64,000 nt of DNA from assembly GCA_045159875.1 (NCBI GenBank), contig CP067995.1, positions 96,001-160,000 of the forward strand. The letters are read 5' to 3'. Both the position numbers and the translations under genes were made by a program. Under the pieces are notes generated by a model, which made no database searches, was not told where the DNA came from, and worked only from the letters and a program-made list of their open reading frames with translations. This document shows positions 11,940 through 25,522 of this stretch, in pieces; the first letter of the stretch is position 1, and each line of letters starts with the position of its first letter. The DNA is from a cyanobacterium endosymbiont of Rhopalodia gibba. Lineage in GTDB: Bacteria > Cyanobacteriota > Cyanobacteriia > Cyanobacteriales > Microcystaceae.

Positions 11940-12500
11940 TTAGTTTTGACTCTTAGAAACTTTGAAACTAGATACAATTTTACTCGGAATTTTTTCTAAA
12001 ATTCTGGAAATAAGCATCTCGGGAGTGTCGTTTTTATTGATGAAAATTCGTAAATCTCCTTGAGTATATAAAGAACGTCGCTGCTCTAATAAGGAGTTTA
12101 ACTTACTCGCTAAATCAGTCTTTTGTAAAAGGGGACGGGTTTGATCGTTAGCTAAACGAGCTGTTAATAATTCTACAGAAGCATCTAACCAGATAATTAA
12201 ACCGTGACGAAGATGACCCCAGTTCTGAGATCTCAAGACAATACCCCCTCCCGTTGCAATCACACTTTTGGTACAGGCGGCTACTTCTATAAGTACTTGG
12301 CTTTCAATTTGTCGAAAGTTTTCCTCTCCTATGGAAGCAAAAATCTTGTTAATAGGTTGTTGTGTCACTCGTTCAATTAAAACGTCCGTATCAAAAAAAC
12401 GATAACCTAACTCTTGTGCTAAAAGTTTTCCCACAGTAGTTTTTCCTATTCCCATCATTCCGATGAGGAAAATATTTATGCCTCGAAGTAACTCTTGCAT
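11940..12500 (-). CDS. aroK: Shikimate kinase
   Basis: GMMGIGKTT P-loop, DTD, GEENFR, ATGGGIV, RPLL; ATG at 12500 chosen as start. Confidence 0.95.
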   Translation of the reverse strand: MQELLRGINIFLIGMMGIGKTTVGKLLAQELGYRFFDTDVLIERVTQQPINKIFASIGEENFRQIESQVLIEVAACTKSVIATGGGIVLRSQNWGHLRHGLIIWLDASVELLTARLANDQTRPLLQKTDLASKLNSLLEQRRSLYTQGDLRIFINKNDTPEMLISRILEKIPSKIVSSFKVSKSQN

Positions 12501-12663
12501 TTCCAATAATTTGACAATTGAAAGTCTACGTCTGTCCAACCTAGTCTAAATTAGACGTTTTAGAAAAGTTAAAATGACCAGATTGAATCCTCACTTTTTT
12601 TGTTAATTTTTTAGTTAAAATGCATAATATTCCCATCAAAAACTCAAAATTAATTGAATCTTT

Positions 12664-12849
12664 CTAAGAATAGTTTCTTTTACGTTGTTTCTGTTTTTCT
12701 ATTGCTTTCCGTTTACGTTTTTCAGTCGGCGTTTCAAAATGACGGTGTTTTTTCATATCAGTAAAAATTCCAGCTTTACTGACCTGTCTTTTAAAACGAC
12801 GTAGAGCTGATTCAATCCCTTCATGCTCTCCCAAAATTATTTGGGTCAT
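12664..12849 (-). CDS. rpsU: 30S ribosomal protein S21
   Basis: [22 protein letters not shown]...RHFETP.EKRKRK. Confidence 0.96.
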   Translation of the reverse strand: MTQIILGEHEGIESALRRFKRQVSKAGIFTDMKKHRHFETPTEKRKRKAIEKQKQRKRNYS

Positions 12850-12921
12850 TATTTATGTCCTCAGTTAACTATGTACGATTACTAGGTCGAGATGAGTCAA
12901 TACTAACATTATTGGTAGATT

Positions 12922-13236
12922 TTAAGTAGAACTTATTTGACTAGGCATAATAGTACCATTGAGGTAAGCATTGCTTAGATTGACATTACTTAAGTCAATT
13001 GCACTAAGATTAGCTGAAGTCAAATTGGTTAAGGTGAAATTAGCTCCCGTTAAGGTTGCCTGGGTCAGATTGACATAACTTAAATTAGCATTGGTTAAGT
13101 TAGCTCCTCTGAGATCAGCACCACTTAAATTAGCCCCACTTAAGTTTACACTTCTCAAATTAGCAGCAATTAGATTAATGTTTCTAAAATCTCTTTGTCC
13201 AACAGCATATCGGCTCAGTATTTCTTGTGTATTCAT
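12922..13236 (-). CDS. Pentapeptide repeat protein
   Basis: Y..GQRDF leader followed by A(N/D)LxG repeats and GTIMP. Confidence 0.9.
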   Translation of the reverse strand: MNTQEILSRYAVGQRDFRNINLIAANLRSVNLSGANLSGADLRGANLTNANLSYVNLTQATLTGANFTLTNLTSANLSAIDLSNVNLSNAYLNGTIMPSQISST

Positions 13237-15067
13237 ACAATATCCTCGTTTATTAAGAAAATGCAGTATTTTTAACTTTTAGTTCTGATTAGTGTCATGT
13301 AGACTTTGAATCTAATGATTTTGTGTTTTAAGCCGGGTTTGGCTTTATTCATATTGAGACATAGATGTAGTTCCAAAGAAAGGGTCTAGAAAGTTAAATT
13401 CGCTAAGAGTTCTTATCAATAACTTACGAGAGTAATTCTCATAAGGGCATTTTAGCATAATCTCTAAACATTTCCCTAAATTTTAGAGTTCTCTCTATTG
13501 AGAGATAAAAGAATTCAATAAGCAAGCTTTAAAACAAGTTAAAACTAAAATACAATAGAAATACCCCGAGTACTTTTATCTGATTGACTTATTTAGTGAA
13601 CAGTTAGCAGCTTAAATTTTAGCTAAATATCCTATGTTTTTATTTTTTGTCTTTTGTTATAGCCTCTATTGTGATTGATTTTTATTTTAAAAAAACAATA
13701 TTTGCTAAGTACTTAACCAAGATATATTTAACCTTATTAAAATTTAAAATTGTACTAATTACCCTCTCTAATAGTTAAAATTTTTAAAAATATATTTAAA
13801 GTAAAAATATCATGATAGATTACCTGAATAGGTTTATTTAAAAAATAACAAAAAGTATATTTAAGAAGGAAATATGAGAAACATATTTATGGCGGTTCTG
13901 CTTACTTTATTTACTGATACTTATAGACTTTATAAGTTTTATTTGAGGGAAAGTTATACCGGTATATTATATTTACTTAATTTTGTGGAAACTCATCTTA
14001 CTGATTAGAGCATTTGTTTAGTCACATTAATCAATATTTATAAATATTGATATTGGGTAATATTTTTAATACTAAATAATGTAATTTTTTATTTCTTAAG
14101 TAGTAAGTCAAAATTAAAACTTCACAACGATAAAAAAGGAACTACAATATATTCTATAAATTAATTTAATATTAAAAAATATTGCGTTAGAAAATAAAAA
14201 ATATTTTTAATTATATTTGACCTCTTTCCTTAGAAAGAAATAATTGACTAGAGTATTATATTTAGTTTTGATAGACATTTACCTAAAATTCTATATGCCT
14301 TACTAAGGCTAGTATATTTACTCTCTGATAAAATCAAGACAAGTATTTTTTAACTTAGAAGATTAGCTTCCTGGAAAGAACTTTTATCTACCTTAGAAAA
14401 CAACCTAAGTAGAGTATCCAGGTTGATACAAATAAATAAAATCTGGTTTCCTCATCAATAAAAGTCGTTGCCTACACTACTTATTTATTGTATATATCTT
14501 GGACAAAAAAATTGCTAATGAACGTGTCTTTCAATTTATCTTAAACTCATGTATTCCTATGACTGATAATGTTTATCTACTTTTATATCTCTGTGATATT
14601 TTATTCCGTTTCCTTGCACAAAGTATTTTTTAGATTTGATACATCTGAAAAATACTTCGCTAAATTAAATATATTTTTATGTTTCAAATGAAAGATCGTA
14701 TACAAAAGGGAATTACATAAGCTTAACCCTTATAAATTAGTAAGTATAAATACTATCTGAATAATTAATTCTATACTTTTGTAGGTTAAACCAACTAAGG
14801 TAATTTAGTACAGTCTATTTGAACAACAGAACAGCAAATGGCTAGTCCTTTATTCAGTTTTAATCTATTAAAGGTTTTTGAAAGTATCTGTGCTCTATTC
14901 TGTTACCCAATAACTTCAAGATTATAATCATTTTCGATATCACTTTTTTTTAAAAAACTACAACGAAAGAAATTGTCATACTTAGTGTAAGCTGCCAGAA
15001 AAAACAGCTACAATGGACGGATATTCTTGTACTATAAATTTTTGTCTAAAAACTTTTTGAGGTGTTA

Positions 15068-16111
15068 ATGGCTACTATAACTAATAATCCTGATAAAGAA
15101 AAAGCCCTAGACTTAGTTCTCAATCAAATTGAACGAAATTTTGGCAAAGGCTCTATCATGCGCCTAGGAGATGCAGCCCGGATGCGGGTAGAAACCATCC
15201 CCAGTGGAGCATTAACCTTAGATCTAGCTCTAGGAGGAGGATTCCCCCAAGGACGAGTAATTGAGATTTATGGTCCTGAAAGTTCTGGGAAAACTACTCT
15301 CGCTCTCCATGCGATTGCCGAAGTCCAAAAAGCCGGAGGGGTAGCGGCTTTCGTCGATGCAGAACACGCCCTTGATCCCACCTATTCCCATGCGTTAGGG
15401 GTAGATATTAAAAATTTGCTCGTTGCTCAACCTGATACCGGAGAATCAGCCTTAGAAATTGTTGATCAATTGGTTAGATCCTCTGCGGTTGATGTAGTCG
15501 TGATAGATTCTGTAGCCGCCTTAGTTCCCCGTGCTGAAATTGAAGGAGAAATGGGGGACACCCAGGTGGGGTTACAAGCTCGCCTTATGAGTAAAGCTTT
15601 ACGAAAAGTTGCCGGAAATATTGGAAAATCAGGCTGTGTCGTCATTTTTCTGAACCAACTACGTCAAAAGATAGGAGTTACCTATGGTAGTCCTGAAGTT
15701 ACTACAGGAGGAAACGCTCTGAAATTTTATGCCTCAGTCCGTTTAGATATTCGCCGTATTCAAACTCTCAAAAAAGGTAATGAAGGAGAGTACGGGATTC
15801 GAGCTAAAGTTAAAGTCGCCAAAAATAAAGTTGCCCCTCCTTTTCGTATAGCTGAGTTTGATATTATCTTTGGTAAGGGAATTTCTCGCATGGGCTGTAT
15901 GCTAGATTTAGCTGAACAAACTGATGTCATAAGTCGTAAAGGGGCATGGTACAGCTACAATGGAGATAACATCTCCCAGGGACGAGAAAATGCGGTTAAG
16001 TACCTTGAAGAGAATCTCAAAGTTGCGGAAACTATCGAGCAGCAAGTTCGAGAAAAACTTGAATTAGGTTCTCTTGGTTTTGCTGTTTCCAAAACTGATG
16101 AAGAAGAATAA
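15068..16111 (+). CDS. recA: Recombinase RecA
   Basis: [23 protein letters not shown] and [17 protein letters not shown]. Confidence 0.99.
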   Translation: MATITNNPDKEKALDLVLNQIERNFGKGSIMRLGDAARMRVETIPSGALTLDLALGGGFPQGRVIEIYGPESSGKTTLALHAIAEVQKAGGVAAFVDAEHALDPTYSHALGVDIKNLLVAQPDTGESALEIVDQLVRSSAVDVVVIDSVAALVPRAEIEGEMGDTQVGLQARLMSKALRKVAGNIGKSGCVVIFLNQLRQKIGVTYGSPEVTTGGNALKFYASVRLDIRRIQTLKKGNEGEYGIRAKVKVAKNKVAPPFRIAEFDIIFGKGISRMGCMLDLAEQTDVISRKGAWYSYNGDNISQGRENAVKYLEENLKVAETIEQQVREKLELGSLGFAVSKTDEEE

Positions 16112-16209
16112 AAAAACTAAAATTAAATAAAATAATATTAAAGATAGGGTGGGTAAAGCTCTTGCTCACCTTTCTGGTCGGTAACCTTGTTATTCAACAA
16201 TGATATCAG

Positions 16210-16920
16210 ATGAAGTTATTATTACCGTTATTAATTTTAGTGGCAACTGTTGTTTTTCTTATTCAAAACCAACAGGCTGTAACTCTTTATTTTCTAGGAA
16301 TAAATGCTAAAACTGCCTTATTTACTCTAACATTTCCAGTGGGAATTTGGGTAATTTTATTTAGTATTTCTGGAATTTTAACCAGTTTAATAATACAATT
16401 TCTCAATCAATTTTCTCCTAGAAACTTTACCTTTCCCCATCAATCCTCTCAACTCTCAGAGTCCTCCCCTTCTTCAAAAAAACCCGGTTGGGGAAACCCG
16501 TTTCAAAGGAATTGGGGAAAAATAGAACAAGACTTTGAGGAAGAAGATGGTTGGGATATTGAAAACCCACCGACAAAACCCACATTTACTCGTGAAAAAT
16601 TAGAACGAAAACTACAAGAAGAGGAGGAGCAAGCAGCAGGTTTTGAGGCTCGACAGTCCCCTAGAAAAGCCTTTCATCAAGGCTCAATTTATTCCTACAC
16701 ATATCGTGAACGCCACGACTCTGAAGACAGTGACTCTGAAGACAGTTCACTCTTTCAAGAATCGGTTAAACCTCCCCCGAAAAAGCAGGAGACTCTTGAG
16801 TTAAAAAATAAAACAGTTGAGCAAGTTTATGATGCTAGTTACCGCGTTTTAACTCCTCCTTATCGTAAGGATCAAGAGTCTTCCAATTTTGATCAAGAAG
16901 AAGATCAAGATTGGATATAA
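16210..16920 (+). CDS. Cyanobacterial membrane protein (LapA-like N-terminus, disordered acidic tail)
   Basis: Two TM segments with QNQQAVTLYFLG; GSIYSYTYRE and VYDASYRV motifs. Confidence 0.7.
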   Translation: MKLLLPLLILVATVVFLIQNQQAVTLYFLGINAKTALFTLTFPVGIWVILFSISGILTSLIIQFLNQFSPRNFTFPHQSSQLSESSPSSKKPGWGNPFQRNWGKIEQDFEEEDGWDIENPPTKPTFTREKLERKLQEEEEQAAGFEARQSPRKAFHQGSIYSYTYRERHDSEDSDSEDSSLFQESVKPPPKKQETLELKNKTVEQVYDASYRVLTPPYRKDQESSNFDQEEDQDWI

Positions 16921-16980
16921 GAAACTTTAAAAGTTAAAATAGAAGTCTACGTTGCATCTACAATATTATTAATTGAACTG

Positions 16981-17799
16981 ATGAAATCCTATCTTGCTGC
17001 AGCTATTCAAATGACCAGTCAGCCTGATCTTCAAAAGAACTTAGCTGAGGCCGAAGAACTAATCGAATTGGCTGTGCGTCGGGGGGCTGAGTTAATTGGA
17101 CTACCAGAAAATTTTGCATTTTTGGGTAAAGAAGAAGAAAAATTAAAGGAAGCGAAAGTCGTTAACGAAAAATCTCAAAAATTTCTTAAGACTATGGCAC
17201 AACGCTTTCAAATCACGATTTTGGGGGGAGGTTTTCCCGTGCCTGTGGAAGGAGATTCTACCAAAGCTTACAACACTGCCATCTTAGTGGATTCTTCTGG
17301 AATAGAAGTCGCCCGTTATCAGAAAGTTCATCTGTTCGATGTAGATGTTCCTGATGGCAATACATATCGCGAGTCAAGTACGGTAATGGCGGGACAAAAC
17401 TTGCCTAATATTTATCCTTCTGAGCAATTTGGCAATTTAGGCCTTTCTATTTGCTACGATGTTCGCTTTCCTGAAATTTACCGTCACCTATCCCATCAGG
17501 GAGCTGATGTTCTGTTTATTCCCGCCGCCTTTACCGCCTTTACAGGCAAGGATCACTGGAAGGTATTACTTCAAGCTAGAGCTATTGAAAATACCTGTTA
17601 CGTGATCGCCCCTGCTCAAACTGGAAATCATTACGAACGACGGTATACTCATGGCCATGCTTGTATTGTCGATCCCTGGGGGACAATTTTGGCCGATGCA
17701 GGACAAGAAGAAGGAATGGTGATCGCAGAAATTGACCCTTCCCGCATTCAACAGGTACGCAGACAAATGCCTTCTCTGCAACATCGTGTCTTCATTTAA
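16981..17799 (+). CDS. Carbon-nitrogen hydrolase (Nit1-type, deaminated-glutathione amidase-like)
   Basis: E-K-C triad motifs LPENF, YQKVHLFD and ICYDVRFPE; QARAIEN. Confidence 0.9.
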   Translation: MKSYLAAAIQMTSQPDLQKNLAEAEELIELAVRRGAELIGLPENFAFLGKEEEKLKEAKVVNEKSQKFLKTMAQRFQITILGGGFPVPVEGDSTKAYNTAILVDSSGIEVARYQKVHLFDVDVPDGNTYRESSTVMAGQNLPNIYPSEQFGNLGLSICYDVRFPEIYRHLSHQGADVLFIPAAFTAFTGKDHWKVLLQARAIENTCYVIAPAQTGNHYERRYTHGHACIVDPWGTILADAGQEEGMVIAEIDPSRIQQVRRQMPSLQHRVFI

Positions 17800-18283
17800 T
17801 ATTATTGGTTAGTCCACATAAAGCCGCATAGGCAATGGCGATTGCATCTACACTATCATCAATGGGAAGGAATTCTAACCCAAATAAATGACTCACCATG
17901 TAAGACACTTCTTTTTTAGTAGCTCGTCCATTTCCCAAATGACATTTCCAACTCGATTGATGGAGAAAGATAGGCTCGATTTTTACTTCACGATAACTTA
18001 CTAAATTAATCACTCCTAGAGCCTGCATTACACCACCTGCAGCTTTAATTTTACGGTCAAAATAGGGCATTTCAATAGCAATTTTATGGGGGCTAAATTC
18101 TAGAACTAACTCCACTAAATCTTGTTCGATTTCTACTAATCGCTGAGAGGTTGATAAAGTTTTTGGAGTTTCAATAATCCCATAGTCAATCAATAGAGGA
18201 TGATTTGATTTTGTTTCTTGTAAAATTGCCCATCCTAGAATGGCTAATCCTGGATCAATTCCTAACCAAATCAGTTCAGACAT
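17792..18283 (-). CDS. ruvC: RuvC-family Holliday junction resolvase
   Basis: LGIDPG, IAIE, GNGRATKKEV and DDSVDAIAIA acidic catalytic residues. Confidence 0.85.
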   Translation of the reverse strand: MSELIWLGIDPGLAILGWAILQETKSNHPLLIDYGIIETPKTLSTSQRLVEIEQDLVELVLEFSPHKIAIEMPYFDRKIKAAGGVMQALGVINLVSYREVKIEPIFLHQSSWKCHLGNGRATKKEVSYMVSHLFGLEFLPIDDSVDAIAIAYAALCGLTNNIK

Positions 18284-18315
18284 AATTAATTTAACGCAAA
18301 TTTTTCTAAAAAATC

Positions 18316-18815
18316 ATGTTTTATTTTAATTTAAAATTAGTATTTATTACCGTACCATCATCGAGTATAGGGGCAGCTCTTACTCAAAAATTTGCGACTC
18401 AAGGAGTAGAGAGTGCGTCATCAGCTTATCGAGTATATCGCTCACAGGAAATTGCTGACTAAATTGTTCTTTCAGAAGAAAGAACACTAATTATTTTAAG
18501 GGATGTTACCCAAGAGTAAAACTCAAAAGAATCAGTATCTATTTTACAGAAAAAATTCAGACAGATTAATGTGGTTGTTGCCAATACTTGATAGTTATTA
18601 ACAGGTAATTGAGAAGATATTTGTCTAGAAGATAATCAAAGATTATAGAATGTTAATTTATTAAAAGCCTTATAGATTATTTATGAATCCTTAGATAATT
18701 TCAAACAAACTAAAAGAAGACTAGTGATTACATATAAGTGCCGTAAAAAGTTATTTTTATTCCAAAGGAAATTTCCCTTCAGTACAAGTAAATTTTCTTG
18801 GAGAACTTTATGTTA
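18316..18815 (+). pseudogene. Short-chain dehydrogenase/reductase (SDR) pseudogene
   Basis: VFITVPSSSIGAALTQKFATQG (decayed TGASSGIG), RDVTQE, FRQINVVVANT* (decayed FGRIDVVVANAG), PFSTSKF (decayed YxxxK); many stops and frameshifts. Confidence 0.8.
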
Positions 18816-19890
18816 AATCAAATTAATCTTTTTACTATGTTATTTCCTTCTATATAATTATTTTTTTTTACAATGTCCCAAGCCTATTTTTAATAAAAGT
18901 AATAATTACTGTCAATAAATTGATGTTTAAATTAATTTAATTATTAATAGATAAAAAATATAAATCAACAAAAATTCTTTAAAAAGAATATTTTATTATA
19001 AAGTTTAATGATGTCAAACAAATTATATATAATTTCTTCAAAAAATAGTAAAAATATTTTATCAATGATATTAGGTATTTCAATATAATTGACAAGTTTA
19101 GTACAAATTAATATTCGAGAATCTCTACGATTGAAAGTCTCTCTTTATTCAAAAGTAGAGCTTTCAGTCATAGAGCGCTATTACTTTGAAAATACCTGTA
19201 ATAACTGAATAATTAAAGTTTAGATAAAAATAGTAATTATAACTTAGGATTAATTCATCTCATTAAGTTAATTTATAGTCAATAATTTAAGTAAACGCAT
19301 AGTTTTAACACATCAAGATTGGTTAGTTAAACTTGTAGTAAATTTTATGGAACCGAAGTTGTTATTCCTGACTTTTCTAGAAAAGTAACAATTAAGAAGG
19401 ATTTAAGTAAAAACTTATAGATTTAAACAATAAACTCTCAAAAATTAATTAAAAAATTTTATTGAAAAATATATAAAATATATGAAACAAACGCTAATTT
19501 TTGAGAAAAAAGATAGTAAAAATTATTATTCATGACTAATTACTTAGTTGATTTATAATAAATAATTACATGTCTAATTTTTGGTTTTTTGAATATAAAG
19601 TTGATAGTTAATGTAGTTGTTGGTTTCTGTATTTTACCTCACCTATCTTTGGGATAAGAACAACTTTTAATATTTTTATATATTCTATAATTTTCTGTTT
19701 TATAAAATAAAAAATTATCTCTTCTTGAAGACCAACCAAGTCTAGGTTACGATAAATAGTCCATAAATTTAAATTAGGTATACTTTACTAAGTACTAACT
19801 TAATTATTGCTATTAATATAGCAATAAAAACTCAAGAGATAGTATCTTTTATTTAGCCCATTGTCTTTCGAGAAATAATTTATTATTACG

Positions 19891-20035
19891 ATGAATAATC
19901 TTACTTTTATGATGGAAACTAATAAACTGTTAAGGGTAAATACAGAAACCTTTCTTTGTTGGGAACAAGAAGGGAAAATTCATGCCACGAGAACCGCTGA
20001 GGGTCGTCAGTAGTTTAACATAACTCAATTGTTCA
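19891..20035 (+). mobile_element. Fragment of MerR-type HTH, most like the N-terminus of IS607 TnpA
   Basis: ETNKLLRVNTETFLCWEQEGKIHATRTAEGRQ*FNITQL resembles EAAKLLGVSxxTLRRWExEGKIxxxRTxGGHRRY; internal stop; the rest of the gene is not recognisable. Confidence 0.6.
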
Positions 20036-20439
20036 GGTCTCAAGTTTAGTCTCTCTAAAGTTTTTAATACACAAGTGATTGTTCCGAACAACCCCGAAGA
20101 TGAGTCTGTTCAAGATGAGATCACCAAAGATTTTAAGAAATGTGATTGACTTATTTAAATCTCAGATTAGAGCAAACCCTAACTAAACAAATATGAAAAC
20201 TCCTTGAAGGGTTAAAAACCATCACTTGAAATTTTGAAAAGTTTAATGAAGATTTAGGCAGTCTCTTCGCAAAGGTAAGGGACGTGCTACTAGTTTGCTA
20301 AAGAATATTTAGAAATTAATTCTTTTTCCCCTATTGCTGTCCCTCTCATCGTGTTCCGTTATCTCTACAGTAAAGGTGAGGAAATCCCTCCCCCAGTTAT
20401 CAGAAAATCCAGACAATTATTATTTCAATGACGGAATTG

Positions 20440-20466
20440 TTAGCACTCACTCCTATTGAGTGCTAA
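20440..20466 (+). promoter_or_regulatory. CIRCE element (HrcA operator) upstream of groEL2
   Basis: Perfect TTAGCACTC-actcctatt-GAGTGCTAA. Confidence 0.95.
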
Positions 20467-20747
20467 ATTGACATAAGTAGGGTCAGACCGTCCCGAAAAA
20501 TATTCACTCAGGACAACCTTGTTCAATTCAAACTAGAGAATTTAGGTTTCCAACTATAAATCAGTTCTGAGTGTAGAGCACTGCGCGTTAAAGTTAAAAC
20601 ATTGGCACAAGTATTGGTATAAACAAACAGCCAACTCTGTGCCTTTGACATTTTACAAGTAAGCGCAGCGGCATAGCTCACCTGAAGCTTTCTGAATCAG
20701 GGAAGTTGTTCAGTATCGAGAGTCACCAAAGTACCTAAGAAAAAATC

Positions 20748-22442
<1,695 letters not shown>

Positions 22443-22533
22443 TTCCCTAAGCTCTCAAGGTTCCCTATTTTACATAATTTTCTAAAGAGAGATATTCTTT
22501 TGAATGTCTCTTTTTCTTTGGACAAAAAAACAC

Positions 22534-22574
22534 AATCACTAATTAACTTTTTTAAAAAATGTTAATTAGTGATT
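22534..22574. terminator. Inverted repeat downstream of groEL2
   Basis: aatcactaattaac ... gttaattagtgatt (14-bp arms). Confidence 0.55.
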
Positions 22575-22710
22575 AACCGTCCTTGAGAGTTGATTGCCCA
22601 AAAGTCTCTTGAGCAAGGTTTGTTCTGTTATCAAGGAGAAGAATAGGAGAAACGTTAGTATAGTGGGAACAACTCTTTATCTTTCGTTTGTTTTTGTACT
22701 AGTAGTCCCT

Positions 22711-24156
22711 ATGGAAGTTCCTGTAATTGGTAAGTTAAACAGTCCCCTCCCTCTGATTTTAGCCCTGATGACTGGGGGCATCATCTTAGTCGGCGGCATG
22801 ACCTACAAAATAGTTGAAACCCCAACTGCCGAAATTGAACTGAATGACTTAACAGTTCTGGTCAAACGGGAAACCTTGGCAGTAGAAATTGAAGCAAGTG
22901 GAACACTAGAACCTATTGAAAGTGTCAATCTTAGTCCAAAAAATCCAGGGAGACTACTAAAATTATTGGTACAACAAGGAATGTCTGTTAAACAAGGGCA
23001 AGTTCTCGCAGTCATGGAAAATACAGAGGTTCAAGCCCAAGGAAAACAAGCTCAAGCAAATTTTCAAAAAGCGGTCGCTGAACTCGAAGCAGCTAAAATT
23101 ACCATCCCTAGTGAAATTAACCAAGCTCAAACCCGACTTATTCAAGCTGAAGCTCAACTTGAAGAAACTCAAGCGAATCTAGCACGAGCTCAACAGAGAA
23201 TCCCAAGACATATTGAGCAAATTAAGGCACAAATATTGGCTGCTCGTTCTCGCACTCAATTGGCAGCTTCGCGTGTCAAGCGTAATGAAGAATTAATGAA
23301 AGAAGGGGCCATTACCCACGACAGTTTTGATGAAGTGATTAGCGACTATCATAATGCCGAAGCAAATTTGCTCGAAATTACCCAACGGCTCGAACAAGCT
23401 CAAAATACAGCTAACCCAGAAATTAGTCAACTACAACAGGACATCATCCGATCTCAAGCTGCTGTTACTGAAGCAAAAATTGCTTTTGAAGAACGGAAAA
23501 AAACGGCTGAGGCTGAAATCAGTCGCCTAGAAGCTTCTGTCACTGCCGCTAAGGCAGAATTAGAAAGAAGGATGATTCAATTCCAAGACACAGCTATTCG
23601 CGCTCCTTTTGACGGAATTATCACCCGAAAATATGCTGATGTTGGCGCATTTGTCACCCCAACTACCTCGGCATCTACTTCCATTTTGGCTTTAGCGCGA
23701 GGGTTAGAAGTAGTGGCCAAAGTTCCAGAGATGGATTTGGGGATGTTAGAAGTAGGACAACCAGTAAAAGTAATTGCTGATGCCTATCCGGATAAAATGT
23801 TTCAAGGAAAGGTGGTTCGTATTGCCCCAGAAGCAATTATTGACCGCAATGTCACTTCCTTTGAGGTCACTGTCGGGTTGGTGACAGGACGAGATGAACT
23901 TAAGTCTAAAATGAATGTAGATGTTACTTTTTTAGGAAAGCAACTCAGTAATGCTCTAGTGGTTCCCACGATAGCAATCGTTACCCAAGAAGGAAAAATA
24001 GGAGTCATGGTTCCTGATCAAGAAAATAACCCTCAATTTAAACCTGTTACTATCGGCATGGTTTTAAATGAAAAAACTGAAATTCTTTCCGGGTTAAATT
24101 CAGGAGCTCGAGTTTTTATTGATATTCCTTCTAATAAGAAAGACAAGAAATCTTAA
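22711..24156 (+). CDS. Efflux membrane-fusion/periplasmic adaptor protein (HlyD/MacA family)
   Basis: N-terminal TM, lipoyl halves (VNLSPKNPGRL..., IRAPFDGII) and a long coiled coil; ATG at 22711 preferred. Confidence 0.9.
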   Translation: MEVPVIGKLNSPLPLILALMTGGIILVGGMTYKIVETPTAEIELNDLTVLVKRETLAVEIEASGTLEPIESVNLSPKNPGRLLKLLVQQGMSVKQGQVLAVMENTEVQAQGKQAQANFQKAVAELEAAKITIPSEINQAQTRLIQAEAQLEETQANLARAQQRIPRHIEQIKAQILAARSRTQLAASRVKRNEELMKEGAITHDSFDEVISDYHNAEANLLEITQRLEQAQNTANPEISQLQQDIIRSQAAVTEAKIAFEERKKTAEAEISRLEASVTAAKAELERRMIQFQDTAIRAPFDGIITRKYADVGAFVTPTTSASTSILALARGLEVVAKVPEMDLGMLEVGQPVKVIADAYPDKMFQGKVVRIAPEAIIDRNVTSFEVTVGLVTGRDELKSKMNVDVTFLGKQLSNALVVPTIAIVTQEGKIGVMVPDQENNPQFKPVTIGMVLNEKTEILSGLNSGARVFIDIPSNKKDKKS

Positions 24157-24304
24157 TCTTAATGACCATAGTTCTAAGTGTGACTAGGTTCTGCTCCGCA
24201 ACAGAGTTATGACTTGTTAAGACCAAAATAGTGGTTTGAGACTTCCAATATTGATCATTAGTTCACACATTGTATTGTGTCAAGCTTAAGTATTAACTAT
24301 TCAG

Positions 24305-25522
24305 ATGAATATTTTAGAAATCTTTAAAATGTCAGTGGCTATGTTAGCTGCTAATAAATTACAAACTAGCTTAACCATGCTAGGGATTATTATGGGTAAT
24401 GCTTCCGTGATTGCTACTATTGGTTTAGGACAAGGATCACAAAAACTTGCCAACGAACAATTAAAGTCTTTAGGTCCTAATATTCTGTTTGTTATGCCGG
24501 GTAATCAAAAAAGCCGTCGAACAACCTTTAATCTTCCCAAAACACTTGTTTGGGAAGATGCACAAGCTATTGCTTCCCAAGTTTCTAGCATCAAAGCAGT
24601 CGCCCCAGAAATTAGTCAACGTCAGTTAATTTCTTATAGAAATCAAAACACTAATGTAACCCTTGTTGGAACGAACTCTGAATATTCATCCGTCCGAGAC
24701 TTTCCAATAGCAATGGGACGGTTTATTAACCAAATTGATCTTCAACGTAATCAACGAGTAGCTGTAATTGGTTCAGAAATTGCTCAGAATTTATCTCTTT
24801 TACGTTATCCCATTGGGGAAAAAATTCGTATTAACAATATCAATTTTGAAATTGTCGGAGTAATGGAACCTAAAGGGTCTTTTTTTGGGATTAACCAGGA
24901 TGAAAGTATTATAATTCCCTTAACAACTATGGCTAACCAAATTGTCGGGCAGACTTCCCCTCATGGGGTCGCTTTGAGTGTAATTCATATAGAGGCAAAG
25001 AGTACAGATACTGTTCGCGCTGCTAAATTCCAAATTGAAAACTTACTACGCCTGAGACATCAAATTACGACCGAAGATGATTTTGGAGTCCGAACTTCTA
25101 AACAAATGATGTCTATTGTGAAAGTCATTACTTCAGGATTAACAATTATGTTAGTGGGGATTGCAAGTATTTCTTTGATTGTTGGCGGTATTGGCGTAAT
25201 GAATATTATGTTAGTTTCTGTGACCGAACGCACCCCGGAAATTGGACTCCGGAAGGCATTAGGTGCAACCCAAGGAGATATTCTAATTCAGTTTTTGATT
25301 GAAGCGGTTATTATTGCCATTTCTGGAGGAGTTATTGGGATTATGTTAGGCGTTAGTATTTTGGTGTTAGTTGGCGTGATGTTTCCCTTATCTCCTGTCA
25401 TTGCTTCCGAAACTATTTTTCTATCTTTAGCTATTTCTGGGGGAATTGGTTTAGGCTTTGGAGTAATTCCAGCACAACGGGCAGCCAAACTTGATCCTAT
25501 TGTTGCTTTAAGAAGTTCTTAA
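24305..25522 (+). CDS. ABC transporter permease (MacB/FtsX family)
   Basis: LTMLGII.G.ASV, VGGIGVMNIMLVSVTERT.EIGLRKALGA and AAKLDPIVALR. Confidence 0.93.
   Translation: MNILEIFKMSVAMLAANKLQTSLTMLGIIMGNASVIATIGLGQGSQKLANEQLKSLGPNILFVMPGNQKSRRTTFNLPKTLVWEDAQAIASQVSSIKAVAPEISQRQLISYRNQNTNVTLVGTNSEYSSVRDFPIAMGRFINQIDLQRNQRVAVIGSEIAQNLSLLRYPIGEKIRINNINFEIVGVMEPKGSFFGINQDESIIIPLTTMANQIVGQTSPHGVALSVIHIEAKSTDTVRAAKFQIENLLRLRHQITTEDDFGVRTSKQMMSIVKVITSGLTIMLVGIASISLIVGGIGVMNIMLVSVTERTPEIGLRKALGATQGDILIQFLIEAVIIAISGGVIGIMLGVSILVLVGVMFPLSPVIASETIFLSLAISGGIGLGFGVIPAQRAAKLDPIVALRSS

Noticed and set aside
13706..13719. taagtacttaacca repeated at 27844-27857 (possible MITE end)
   Set aside because: 14-bp AT-rich match with no convincing extension
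14883..14896. AGTATCTGTGCTCT as a LexA box upstream of recA
   Set aside because: Two deviations from RGTAC-N3-DGTWCB; not distinguishable from chance by eye
16717..16746. 15-bp tandem duplication (DSEDS x2)
   Set aside because: Real, but an ordinary in-frame slippage in a disordered tail
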